From the NCBI RefSeq assembly GCF_001194135.2, contig NC_068983.1, positions 80,979,515 through 81,043,514 of the forward strand: a DNA stretch of 64,000 bases, given 5' to 3'. The notes under the pieces were generated by a model. It saw nothing but the letters and a program-made list of their open reading frames with translations, did not search any database and was not told where the DNA came from. Positions 12,922 through 23,499 of this stretch are shown in pieces; the stretch's first letter is position 1, and every line of letters begins with the position of its first letter. The position numbers and the translations under genes were made by a program. The stretch is from Octopus bimaculoides. Its lineage: Eukaryota.

Positions 12922-13288
12922 ATGAACTCCAGGGTGAAGGGTAGAATGTATACTGTGACAGGGTGTAGTAACAAGCCATCGGACAGTGTTTCTGTGCACG
13001 TTTTTCCCAAGGACGAGCAACAGTTAGCATCATGAACTCGGTTTGTGAAGCTCAAAAGAGCAAAGTGGTCAGAACCCTCACAGAACACTATGGTTTGTTT
13101 GGAGCATTTTAATCCAGACTGTTTTGAAGTGTAATATTTGTTTATCAAGGAATTCGGAATGAACAGGAAGAAACGTTTATGCCTAGAATCTGTAGTCTGT
13201 TTATCCCAAGAGGAAACTGAACAATCTCAATGAGGCCTCCACCCCCACACCAGAACGTGCAGCTGTTGTGAAAAGTGAAAGAAATAAG
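12922..13288 (+). pseudogene. THAP zinc-finger domain remnant (transposase N-terminus)
   Basis: Manual translation MNSRVKGRMYTVTGCSNKPSDSVSVHVFPKDEQQLAS*TRFVKLKRAKWSEPSQNTMVCLEHFNPDCFEV*...KKRL fits THAP C-x4-C...FP...W...CxxHF...F; first Cys is Tyr, conserved Trp is TGA (13033); ends at donor AAG|GTATGT (13288/13289). Confidence 0.85.
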
Positions 13289-13522
13289 GTATGTATTGTT
13301 TAACATCACTCAGGATTGTTGCATATAAATTCAGGACCACAAATTGTTATATTACTTTAAAAGAAAATAAATAGTAAATCAAACTTTAGGAGAATGGTTT
13401 GGAAGCTTTAAAAGGTCGTGCTAAATAGCTTAACATTTTAGACGTCCTGAATATACATTAGCCTATCTCAGGGTATCACTTCATTTATAAATCAACATAT
13501 ATAGTTGAGTTTTATGTTTTGA

Positions 13523-14122
13523 CATCTCCATCACACACAGAGTGGGAACTGACATCTGTAGGGGACTGAGATGTTGCTGTGGTAGGTCACATGATCACAC
13601 GGATCTTCATTGTTTGTCGTGCTGCCTCAATGCTGATTGTTTTGCTTATCACATCGAACTAAACCTAATTATTATGCAGGCCCTGGCTTGGGTTAATATG
13701 TCCTCAGTTCTGAAGCCAGTGGGATTATCCAGAAGTAATGGAATGAGACCAGATGGTCTTATCTTCTGCCTCTGGGTTAGAGGTAGTGTCAGGTGGTGCC
13801 CATGAGGGTGCTTGGCTTTTTCAACACCTTAACCTCACCATCGCCCATAGTAATGCTGCGAGCATGCTGGCTTACTTCAGTAGGCTCTGTTGAACCTTGT
13901 GGTGTGCGGCCAATTGAAGTATTTGGTGCTGCATTGATTTGGGGTTTTTTTTTATCTCTTTCTTCTCTTTTTCCCCCTTTTTTCTTCCCTTTTGTTTTTC
14001 CTCTTTTTCTTTTTCTTTTCTTTGTCTTTCTTTAGTAAAAATTATATTAGATAAAATAAAGTGATGTATATTGCATTCGAAAAAAAAGTTATTTTTTAAT
14101 GTGGAATATTTATGCAATTAAG
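13523..14122 (+). mobile_element. CRE-clade non-LTR retrotransposon, 5'-truncated 3' end with internal deletion
   Basis: RVGTDICRGLRCCCGRSHDHTDLHCLSC (zinc knuckle), SSVLKPVGLSRSNGMRPDGL (RLE PD motif), then after a frame change GAWLFQHLNLTIAHSNAASML, stop at 13891; T-rich 3' region; flanked by a 69-bp direct repeat. Confidence 0.85.
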
Positions 14123-14716
14123 TACACTAGCCTATCTCAGGGTGTCACTTTATTTATAAGTCAACATTTATAGTCGAGTTTTATGTTTTGATGTATAATT
14201 AAAATGCTTGTAGGTCAATGTATAATAGTTCTGGGTCTGTTGGTGGTCACAGTTAGAAATGTGTACACGTGAAGTATTTATGCTAGATCTAACACGGTAG
14301 TTCTTTATACATGAATAAAATAAAGTTAAATAATAACAGGTTGATGTATAACACACACATTAAGAAATGCTATTTTTTGCAATATTGCATTGAAATGTGG
14401 GATGTACAAAAGGACCTATTATTTTGAAAATAGGCCTGTTGCTATGTTCAGCCTGTTTATACTGTAAGCATTTAGGATTTATTACAGAATGAGAGGTTAA
14501 TTATGAAGAATTAAAACTGTACAACACTTTGAGAATTGTCACAGCAAAGCTTAATAATCTAATTAAAGCAACTGAATTGTGCAGATATTTTCCTCCTGGT
14601 CGGCTTGATGGGCTCTGCAGCATGTAAATTTTGTGTCATATATATATACAAACATACTTTCAAATAACTTAAGACTGAGGTATTTGATCATTTAAACAAT
14701 TTTGATTAACATTAGG

Positions 14717-14959
14717 AACATTTACCTAACAACACCAGTCAGTGTTTCCTCATCTAGGTTCGTCTTCATCATCATGGTCAGTGGCTTGTAATGACAAATT
14801 GTATTCCTCCAAATATGGTGCTTCTTGTTCAAATTAATATGGTGCGATGTGTTTGAGATCATTGTTAGTATCGCCAAAAGATGACTCTTCAAAAGACAAA
14901 TGAATGCCAATATCCATTCAAGAAATGGACAACATGCTCTCGTCGCCTGCATTGGCCAT
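14717..14959 (-). pseudogene. KolX-like (Kolobok second ORF) N-terminal remnant
   Basis: From AAAATGGCC: MANAGDESMLSIS*...IAPY*FEQEAPYLEEYNLSLQATDHDDEDEPR*GNTDWCC then GKC after a frameshift; fits the PYxFEP / acidic / RxGNTDWCxCGxC pattern. Confidence 0.7.
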
Positions 14960-15829
14960 TTTGAAACTGATGTGTTGTGATGTCACGCACCAATTTTGCT
15001 ATTTACAATTAAACCAGAAGTTGTGTTGAGTGTTTTTGGATAGGTGCAAGAATCGTTAACTTTAACAATGAATATCTCACTTGTTAATGCGCATGTGTTT
15101 GGAACTTTTTTAATTGATCAATTTTATTCATTTCAAGTACAAAATAACACCAACATTTATTATGGGCTCCTGGACATTGTAAGACATTACTTAAACTTAA
15201 CATATTGCAGTTTCCTTTTTGTTTTCCTGACTGTTTTACTTCATATCTCAAGACAGCTTCTTTATTAGTTCTTCCAAACATTGCTAATGAGGTGACTCCA
15301 ATAGAACAGTCAGTTAATAAAACAATTTGAAAGACTGGGAGTAAAATATCTCTTTTTATCAATCCATGTTATCTGTTATACTGGCTATAGCGGCTTTGTA
15401 TATTGATTTGAAACAGTATGAATTAAATATTCTACCTGTATTATGTTCAAACTGCCTAGATCCAACCCTCTCACACCTATTCTAGAGCATCATTCTCAAT
15501 GTAAACAATCACATCATTGAATTGTTAAAGCTATAAGATAATGCAGGATTAATTCTAAACAAGGTAAATAAACAAGCATTACATTCGACTGAGTAATCTG
15601 AATATTAAAGAGTTAAACTTCTATGGATTATTGCATACATGAAGAAAATGTGAGAAGCAAAGAAGTTCTACAAGGATGTGTTTTTTGAAAGAAAGATTAG
15701 ACAAGATATTTAGCATAGATTTCTAAAGGAGTGTGAAACAGTAAAAACAAAGATGATGATGTTTTGAGTGGGTTTGGAAGGAGACAATATATAAAGGGCT
15801 ATTTCTAAGGGGAGCCTGAGACTATTATA

Positions 15830-16720
15830 GTGAAAATACAAGAAATAATGAGATAACATTGCACACTGGTAACTTACTGACTTGGATTTATTGAAGAGTG
15901 GTGGCTACTTATCAGTTGGCTAACCACATTTTGGATGTAATCTAGAATGTTTACATGCATAGCTGCTGCACTATCATAGATATTGATAAGGGTGTACTTG
16001 TACCTTGTAGATAATCTGCAACTATTCAGAAATCAAGTATTTCTTGGTCTCAAACCTTCAGATACAGACTCAGCTAACTTACTGAAGTGTGATTGCCATT
16101 AAAGAAAGATTTTAGGGATTGTGAGACATAAAATTTGCAGAAAATGTGTTTCAGCTTTACATGTGATGATCATGGGAAGGGTGAGAGTGTGAGTGGGTGA
16201 TGTAGGTTAGTTGTATTGGCTGAATGTGGGTGCTGTTGAATGAAACTAAGTTCTTTGCAATCCTTTTGAAGGATCTCTTTTCATTTAATGAAAGGAAGCG
16301 ACACATTTACAGTAAGAATTATCTAAGTTGCATGTGGATTGTGTAAATAATTGAAAATTTCAGGATGAATAGTAACAGCAATTGCATAGGTGTGTGTTGG
16401 ATTAGAGATAATAGCAAAAGAATACCATTAACAGGCTCAGCAACAGAACAGTCCAACATGAAACTTTTCATATAAAGTATAACAAATAGGTTGAGCCTGA
16501 AAACAAGCAACTTAGCTTGTATGTTCTTGAGTCAGTTAATGTTGAAGGCTTTGTTGATATTAAGATAACAAATTGTGTCGAAATTCTTAAGGCAAAAAAC
16601 CCTTAGTGTGTAATGAAATAAAGCTAGGTTGATGGTGTCTATGACAGATCTGATCTCTATATGGACAGATACTGAACAGAAAAACAAACTTAAGCAAAAA
16701 ATAAAGAACCACCTAGAAAA
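15830..16720 (-). mobile_element. Highly degenerate Jockey/CR1-group LINE RT and thumb remnant
   Basis: YLNINKAF resembles LDISKAF; IIYKVQVHP resembles LYKAQVRP; NILDYIQN matches NILDGIQR in the 36200-36770 copy; many stops and frameshifts. Confidence 0.55.
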
Positions 16721-16909
16721 TTGAGTACTATTATCTCTATTACAATATTGGAAGTGATAAGCTAGTAGCAAAAAAATATCAGAGAAGTTGTTTTTCTTTG
16801 GGAAGGGAATGTTATTTGTTTTTGTGTGTTAGGTTGGATAACATCATCGAGAGAAAGCTTGAAAAGTTAGATGTTGATAGAAACCAACTCAGGATACAAC
16901 GTTGGATAG

Positions 16910-17560
16910 CAGGTCATGTGTGGGGACATGTGCTATTGCAGTGCACAATGGCATTCACTATTTATTGGTATATAGCTGGGTTCTCTCTGACAACCTGTTG
17001 AAAAGAATCCCAGTCAATCCCCATCTCTGTGAAATATCTCTTCATCTGCCATGACTATGTGGCATGTGGTCAGCCAGCACGAGCTGTCAACCAGATCCTC
17101 AGTGAAGAGAACACAGTAAGTAGGGTTTAATTTGGAAATTTGAGCATCATGGCTAAACAGTCTGAGCTGGTGCTCTTGAATCATACAAGTAACAGGTTGC
17201 ATCCAGGTTTCTGAGTAGAGTTGTTGGTTGGATATGAATTGTAATCAATAGTAAGCCATAATTCTGCAAAGCATTCTGGTACTAAAAGAGTTCAAGTAGC
17301 TCCTAATGGCTTTGGACAGTGTTCAAGTCTCACAACTATAGAGCTGGACAGGAAGGACCAGGGACCTAATGACCTGAAACTTTGTCCTCTTGCTAAGATA
17401 TTGGTAGTGCCAAACAGCCTCAATCAGTAAGTCCACAACTGCAGTAACAGCTTACCCAAGTCTTTTTTAGGACTTCAGACTTGCAACTAATAATGCTAGG
17501 AATCTCACTGCTGAGATTCATAGGGAAGCAGTCAACAACTTCGACAGGATACAAGAACTC
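16910..17560 (-). mobile_element. RTE-clade LINE 3' remnant
   Basis: EVVDCFPY...KFQVIRSLVLPVQLYSCET*TLSK...RMLCRIMAY...SNQQLYSETWMQPVTCMIQEHQLRLFSH, the RTE thumb/C-terminal pattern; ends ...ACATGTCCCCACACATGACCTG. Confidence 0.85.
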
Positions 17561-18589
17561 AGGTATTTCATAGAGCTGAAATAACTGCAGAAGTTTCCAT
17601 ACTTAGTAAACACGTACACATAGTGGTGAGGCAACAAGTTGGGATTAGTCTTGTGTGTGTGTGTGTCAGGAAGAAAAGAGTGGATTAGAAAGAAAATTAG
17701 GCTGTGAGTCTTTTATATTTGGATGATATTTTTATCTCTTATTCCAACACTTCACATTCAGTTGTATCAGATTTTACAAGATTTTGTAATGAGAGGATTA
17801 ATATTTAAGAAATATCTATTTAAACCGACTGTCCAATTACATTGTTGGTTTTTAAGTATTTAAATAAAGAATAATTTTTCAGTGATGTGCTTAGTACGAT
17901 TTTAAGATATCCTTTTCAGTTGCAGTAGTTTTGCAAGTTTGCTTTTATCTACTTCAGCAAACAAATTAAAATTTTTTTGTTTCTATTTTTTCTTTCTTTC
18001 ATTGTAATTCTTTCAAAATATATAATATCTTAACATTCAGTTTCTCTGACAAATCAATTAGCTTCAGAAGAATAAATAAATTTTTCAAAAATTTTACTAA
18101 ATAAAAAATAACTTCAGAAGAAATTGTTGTGGTGTTTACTTAACATATAACAAATAAATTGTTGTATTTTGTATTTTTATGACACTTGTTTGCAATTAAA
18201 AACATCGGTTTCAATTGCTAAGAAAGGAATAAAAGTTGATAAAAATTATGTTTCTATTGTCTCCATTCTTAGAAAATAGTGAGATATATTTTAAGCTTTA
18301 TTATTGTGAAAAAATAATATTTTTATATTATAACTGAATAAATTCATGATTAATAATCAGTAGATAAATTATTGAAGTTTTTAATGCTTTTTCTTTCATA
18401 TCAAACTTAGTTTTAACCTTGAGAAATAAAATGTTTAAGAAAATGCAACAATTTTAATTTTCAATCATTATTTAAAGTAGAAAATGCGTATAATGTTTGA
18501 ATGTTTTTAGACAATGCAATGAGAATTGAAAAGCACCCATTTTGTGTATGTATGTATGTGAATGTTTGTTTCCCCTTGTGTTGACGTTG

Positions 18590-18790
18590 TGTAAAGTTGG
18601 TAAATGAGGTCTCCTTCATGTCTGCCATTCCAAGAAAATGTGTCTGGCTATGAAGAAAGATTTCCTTGCATGGAAACAGGTGAAGCCTGGTGACAAGAAG
18701 GACATAGAAAATCTGCAGCAATGAATTCCGTCTGGCTCAAGTAAGCATGGAAAAATGGACATTAAAATAGTGGAGGTGGTGGTGATGCTG
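18590..18790 (+). repeat. (GAT)n-tailed repeat (family D)
   Basis: GAAAATCTGCAGCAATGAATTCCGTCTGGCTCAAGTAAGCATGGAAAAATGGACATTAAAA followed by a trinucleotide tract. Confidence 0.65.
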
Positions 18791-18875
18791 CTGCTATTGT
18801 TGCTGCTGCTGCTACTGCTGCTGCTGTTGCTGTTGTTGTTACTGCTACTGCTGCTGCTGATGATGATGATAATGA
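18778..18875. repeat. Mixed (CTG/TTG/ATG)n microsatellite
   Basis: Directly visible; explains the poly-Leu ORF 18755-19006. Confidence 0.95.
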
Positions 18876-18964
18876 GGATCTATTTTCTTGGTGGATATTT
18901 CAGAAATTCAATTTCTAGAAATTTAAGTGTAGTGATTTTGGAAATTACTAATTTTTCAAATGGG

Positions 18965-19171
18965 GTACTGATCTCTAATTGTAAAGGGAACATGTGGCAA
19001 GGGTAGAACCAGGAAAACGTGGGACGAAGTGGTGAGAAAGGATCTACAGACGTTAGGACTCACAGAGAGGATGACAGAGGACTGAGACTCTTCAGGTGGT
19101 CAGCTCTTGTCAAACCATGTAACCCATGCCACCATAGAAAATGAACGATGATGACGATGATGATGATGATG
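18965..19171 (+). mobile_element. RTE (BovB-like) LINE 3' end with (GAT)n tail
   Basis: KGTCGKGRTRKTWDEVVRKDLQTLGLTERMTED*; then AACCCATGCCACCATAGAAAATGAACGATGATGACGATGATG. Confidence 0.85.
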
Positions 19172-19796
19172 TTTTCATAGCTATTGACTAAAACATCCAA
19201 GTCTGATATGCACAATATCATCACAGTTTTACTCAAGTTAATGAAGAATGTATTTTAGGGATGTTTTTTTACATTTTACAGTCCAAATTAAGAGAAAGAT
19301 TTTTACATCCTCAATAGCAATATTTCAGATTTTAATTTTTGTGGATAAAATCTTAGAGTAGAAAAAAAAAAAAAAAATACATCGTTAATAAAATTATTTG
19401 CTTATAATTTTTGTCAAGCTTATTGTAGAAGTGAAATTTTATCTTCTATATCCAGAGATAATTCAGTACAAATGTTTCCATCAACAAACCCACATTTGAA
19501 AGATGGCCATTAAAAAAAAAAATTGTATATTTTTTAATGAATTTGGATATTTGATACTAACTGAGTTGTTCAGATCTATATTCTGAATATATATATTTGC
19601 AAAACTGTATGAGTTAATAGCAATTAATCTGTTATAATAAAACTAATGTTTGCTTAGTACATGAAGAACTTCAAAATTGTTTATTCACAATTTTAATTCA
19701 AGTATCTCCTCTCAAGAAAAACACTCTGGTCAGAAAATTAGATGGAATTTGCCAAGATAACTATAGTACTGTTTAAATATGCAATTAAAGTTTTTT

Positions 19797-19832
<36 letters not shown>

Positions 19833-20024
19833 NNNNNNNNNNNNNNNNNNNNNNNNNNNNNNNNNNNNNNNNNNNNNNNNNNNNNNNNNNNNNNNNNNNN
19901 NNNNNNNNNNNNNNNNNNNNNNNNNNNNNNNNNNNNNNNNNNNNNNNNNNNNNNNNNNNNNNNNNNNNNNNNNNNNNNNNNNNNNNNNNNNNNNNNNNNN
20001 NNNNNNNNNNNNNNNNNNNNNNNN
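19833..20024. other. Assembly gap following (TA)n
   Basis: Run of N. Confidence 1.
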
Positions 20025-21805
20025 ATGCAAGCATAATAACTTTGTACATTGTTATTTGAATTTTATTCTGTTAATTATAAACAGATTTTTCATGTTGAAG
20101 TTTCCAGTGATTTGAACTTCATCAGTATTGTAGGCTCCCTCTGCCACTGGGACAGGAGAGTTGCCAGATAACTGAATTTTCCAGATATCTGATCATCACT
20201 TTTTAAATTTACATAGCACCTAGCAAAACTCATTAAAATTTTCTATATGCAACAGGATCATCATTAATATTTTGAATGTAGTAAAAATGTGAGACATAGA
20301 AAAAATAAAAGAAATATTTAAGTAAAAAACGAGTTTTATTAACCTATCAAAATACAGGTGCTATCAATGCAGTGAAATAAAATACTGTTTTGTACTTTAA
20401 GAAGAAATGGCCTATTCAGATACAATAGCAAATTTGTTTTAATGATAGTTAACTGGTGTGAATTAACAGAAAATCTTTTGACCTTAAAAAACACACATTT
20501 TCTGGGTGCTGATTGCTTGGGAGTTTTGGTTGTTTGAGTTCCATATATGAGAAAGTTTACCATATCTATATCTTTTCAAATGTTTAAATTTTATTTTCAT
20601 CAGTTACTACTATTACTACTACTATCTAAGGATATCATTTTGCATGCACCATGTGTACAATGTAGATGTATGTTGATGATTATGCTAGTACCAAAGTCAA
20701 AACAATTCTCAGGGCTTTAAAATTGAGTAAATTATAGTATTTACTGTAAAATATGTTTTCATAATATTCCTTATCAGATGAGACATGAGCTAGTTGCATG
20801 TTTACTTTAGTTCAGAAATTTCAAAAGGCATTATACCAGATCTGTTGTTGCCTGCCAGTAAATATTTCTTTATTACTTCATTTTCCAATAAATATTGTTT
20901 CACTGTAGCACTTGAATACATTCCTGCAACCATGGCCCTTCCTTTAATCTAAAACAAAAACATCCCAAATTATAAAAAAAAAAATTAACTTTCTTATAAT
21001 TTTCCTACCAAGAAAGCTAGTATTTTTATCCTTATAATTTAATTAAATTCAGTATTTGCCTTAAATCATTATCTTAATGTTTGATTATGAATTTTAAAAA
21101 ATGAAATAAAATAGAATAATAAAAACGAAAAAATATTTTAATTTGATTTGGATTTTTATCTTCCCAGCCCTATATTTTGAATTTGTACAGCTATAAGCAG
21201 AATTGTAACTACTTTCTAAAATATTTTTGCTCAATATGGTTTCATTGTTTACCCACAGAGTTCTTGCAAGCAATAATTCACTTAATGTTAATTATTTAAT
21301 TGGTTTTATTTTGTAATTAAATAGAAAAAAATTAACCATTAATTGCATATTTAGCAATGTTTAAAACAGTTTTCACATTTATTTATATTTCTTAAACAAA
21401 TTACTTATAGAGAAATTAACTGGTTCATAAGCAGATCTGTGGGTAAATATTTGTAAATTGGTATTTAGAGACTTTCACAACTTTTTTTAAAGATTGTTGT
21501 ACATTTGTTAATATATTACCATTAGTGATATCCAAAGGCAAATGAATGTGCGATATTAGAAATAGATAATCTGTTCAGGAACAGACTAGATTTTATTCAT
21601 TAAGGGAAGTTTTCTAAATTACTTTTGGATTTAGAAGTTATTCAAAGAAAATTAGTAGCAAGCATAAACAATTATTGTACCAATAATTGTTTTCTTGATT
21701 TGCTATTAACAAATCAAGAAAACTTAATTGATATTTTTATGTAATTAATACCACTGATGTTGAAAAAGAAAACATGCAAATGGTCAACAAGGCTTTTAAA
21801 ATTGT

Positions 21806-21870
21806 CTTCATCGTCATCATTATCGTCATCATCTTAATTTAATGCTCGTGTTCCATGCTAGCATGGGTGG
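21806..21870 (-). repeat. Family D tail fragment
   Basis: CATCATC...TTTAATGCTCGTGTTCCATGCTAGCATGGGT; similar fragments at 6322-6360 and about 10780-10845. Confidence 0.65.
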
Positions 21871-22699
21871 GATGGTACCACAAGAATTCATTTTATTTCA
21901 TTTTATTTCAGTCAACTTTGTATCTTCAATATAATTTGTAAGTTTTAAATGTTGCTTATTGCACTTTGGTTTAAAAGATAAAATATTCTCTATAATGTAT
22001 CCTAGCATGACTGTGATTATAGAGGAGATAACTAAAAGTTTCAAATGAATAACCCGACATAGAATGTTAATTATAATTAATCAACTTTCTGAAGCAATAG
22101 TTGTCAATGTGAATAGCACTAAGGTAGAGGCTGATTTTTAGCTAGGTGTTTCTTGTTATTTGTTATTTTGAAGACCACAATCTCAGTTCAGAATAAAGGA
22201 GATTGAATAACTTACCAGTAGGCTGTTTTGTGCTACCAGTGATGCATAGAGCCAAAGAAAGTACTCAAGTATGGTAAATGTCTTGCAGGCTGGGTATAGT
22301 ATCAGTGTATCATCACTTCTGTGGTGCAGTGGACAACATTTTTTTCAAGATATTTCAAGATATTTTATGATCATGTATAGTGATTTTGCCAAACCAGATG
22401 ATACAGTTTGTAACAATCAAGGGAATCATACTGAATCAATGGTTAAAGTTCTTTAAAATATTACAGAATAATCTGAATTTCGTTAACTTCCAGAAATAAA
22501 GATATTTGGGATTTCCTTTAGAACATAAATTATCAGAATATGAAAGGTTTGTCTGATATTTAGTCAGCCATGAATTTAAAATTGTGCAACTCCTCTACAT
22601 CTTTCAGTTGAATGTTAATGAGACTATACTTTCTTGTCTGCTTTCTGGTGTTAGCAATAATCTTTTTAGGGTTTTTTTTTTACCTCGATGTCTAAGCCG

Positions 22700-22905
22700 A
22701 TATTATTGATCATGTCTGCTTCTCCTTGATTGAGCAGACATGATCAAAGGAATTTCAGGTATGGCAACTCTGTCCCTTTTTTTACCAAGAATAGTGTACT
22801 TTGGATTACATTATCCAATGTGTCCTTTCTCAAGACAGTTGAGTGTTGTTTTGGAGAGATATAGCTGTTATTTGTAGCAGGTTGAGCAACCATGTAGAGG
22901 TTGCT
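22700..22905 (+). repeat. Unclassified interspersed repeat (family C) with 15-bp hairpin
   Basis: TTGATCATGTCTGCT / AGCAGACATGATCAA perfect inverted repeat (22706-22747); downstream part homologous to 839-918 and 33233-33325. Confidence 0.65.
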
Positions 22906-23499
22906 GTTATTTTGTAGCTTTTATTATTGTTTTGTTTGATGATCAATCGGGATATTATTTCTATTGTAAAACTCATTACAGAAGGTCAACAACAATTGTT
23001 TGCAAACTTTATTATATGACTGAAATCAAAGAAATTACTGCAATTATTATGTGCATGCAGTGAAAACATAATAACAGACTCGAAACACAGCTGTAGCTAT
23101 GTTGAGAACAATATGTGACTGCCAAACAAAATGATTTACAATAAGGTTGGAGCCCACATGTAAATGGAATTACCCAGTCTCAAATCTTAAGGTTTCAGCA
23201 CCATCCGTAACAGAATTACGATTTTAAGAGATAAGGTGTTGTCTACAAAAAACATACATAAATAATTAATGCTGACAAAAAGCAGTATTTATAATAAAAA
23301 GCATTCTTTATCTCCAACTTGGTTGTTGAGTTAGAATACAGAACACTGCATTGGTTACCCTGAGAGGACTACTCATAGGAACTTGTGGAGCATAAAAGCG
23401 CTCATATTTATATCATTGACAGATGAGAACCATCTGCTACAGCTGCCGGGGTTGTCAGATCATGTAATTTCACCCTGTTTTTGGGCTCTTCAGTGACAG

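Larger units (their letters stand above)
12799..15061. mobile_element. Fossil Kolobok-like DNA transposon (THAP ORF plus KolX-like ORF, convergent)
   Basis: TTAA at 12795-12798 and 15062-15065; subterminal inverted motif GTGACATCACA(TAA/ACA)CATCA near 12848 and 14968-14986; THAP remnant reads inward from the left end and KolX-like remnant inward from the right end. Terminal repeats are poorly preserved (8/15). Confidence 0.7.

Noticed and set aside
19738-20115. Several ORFs in the track
   Set aside because: They are produced by the N gap and the (TA)n tract.
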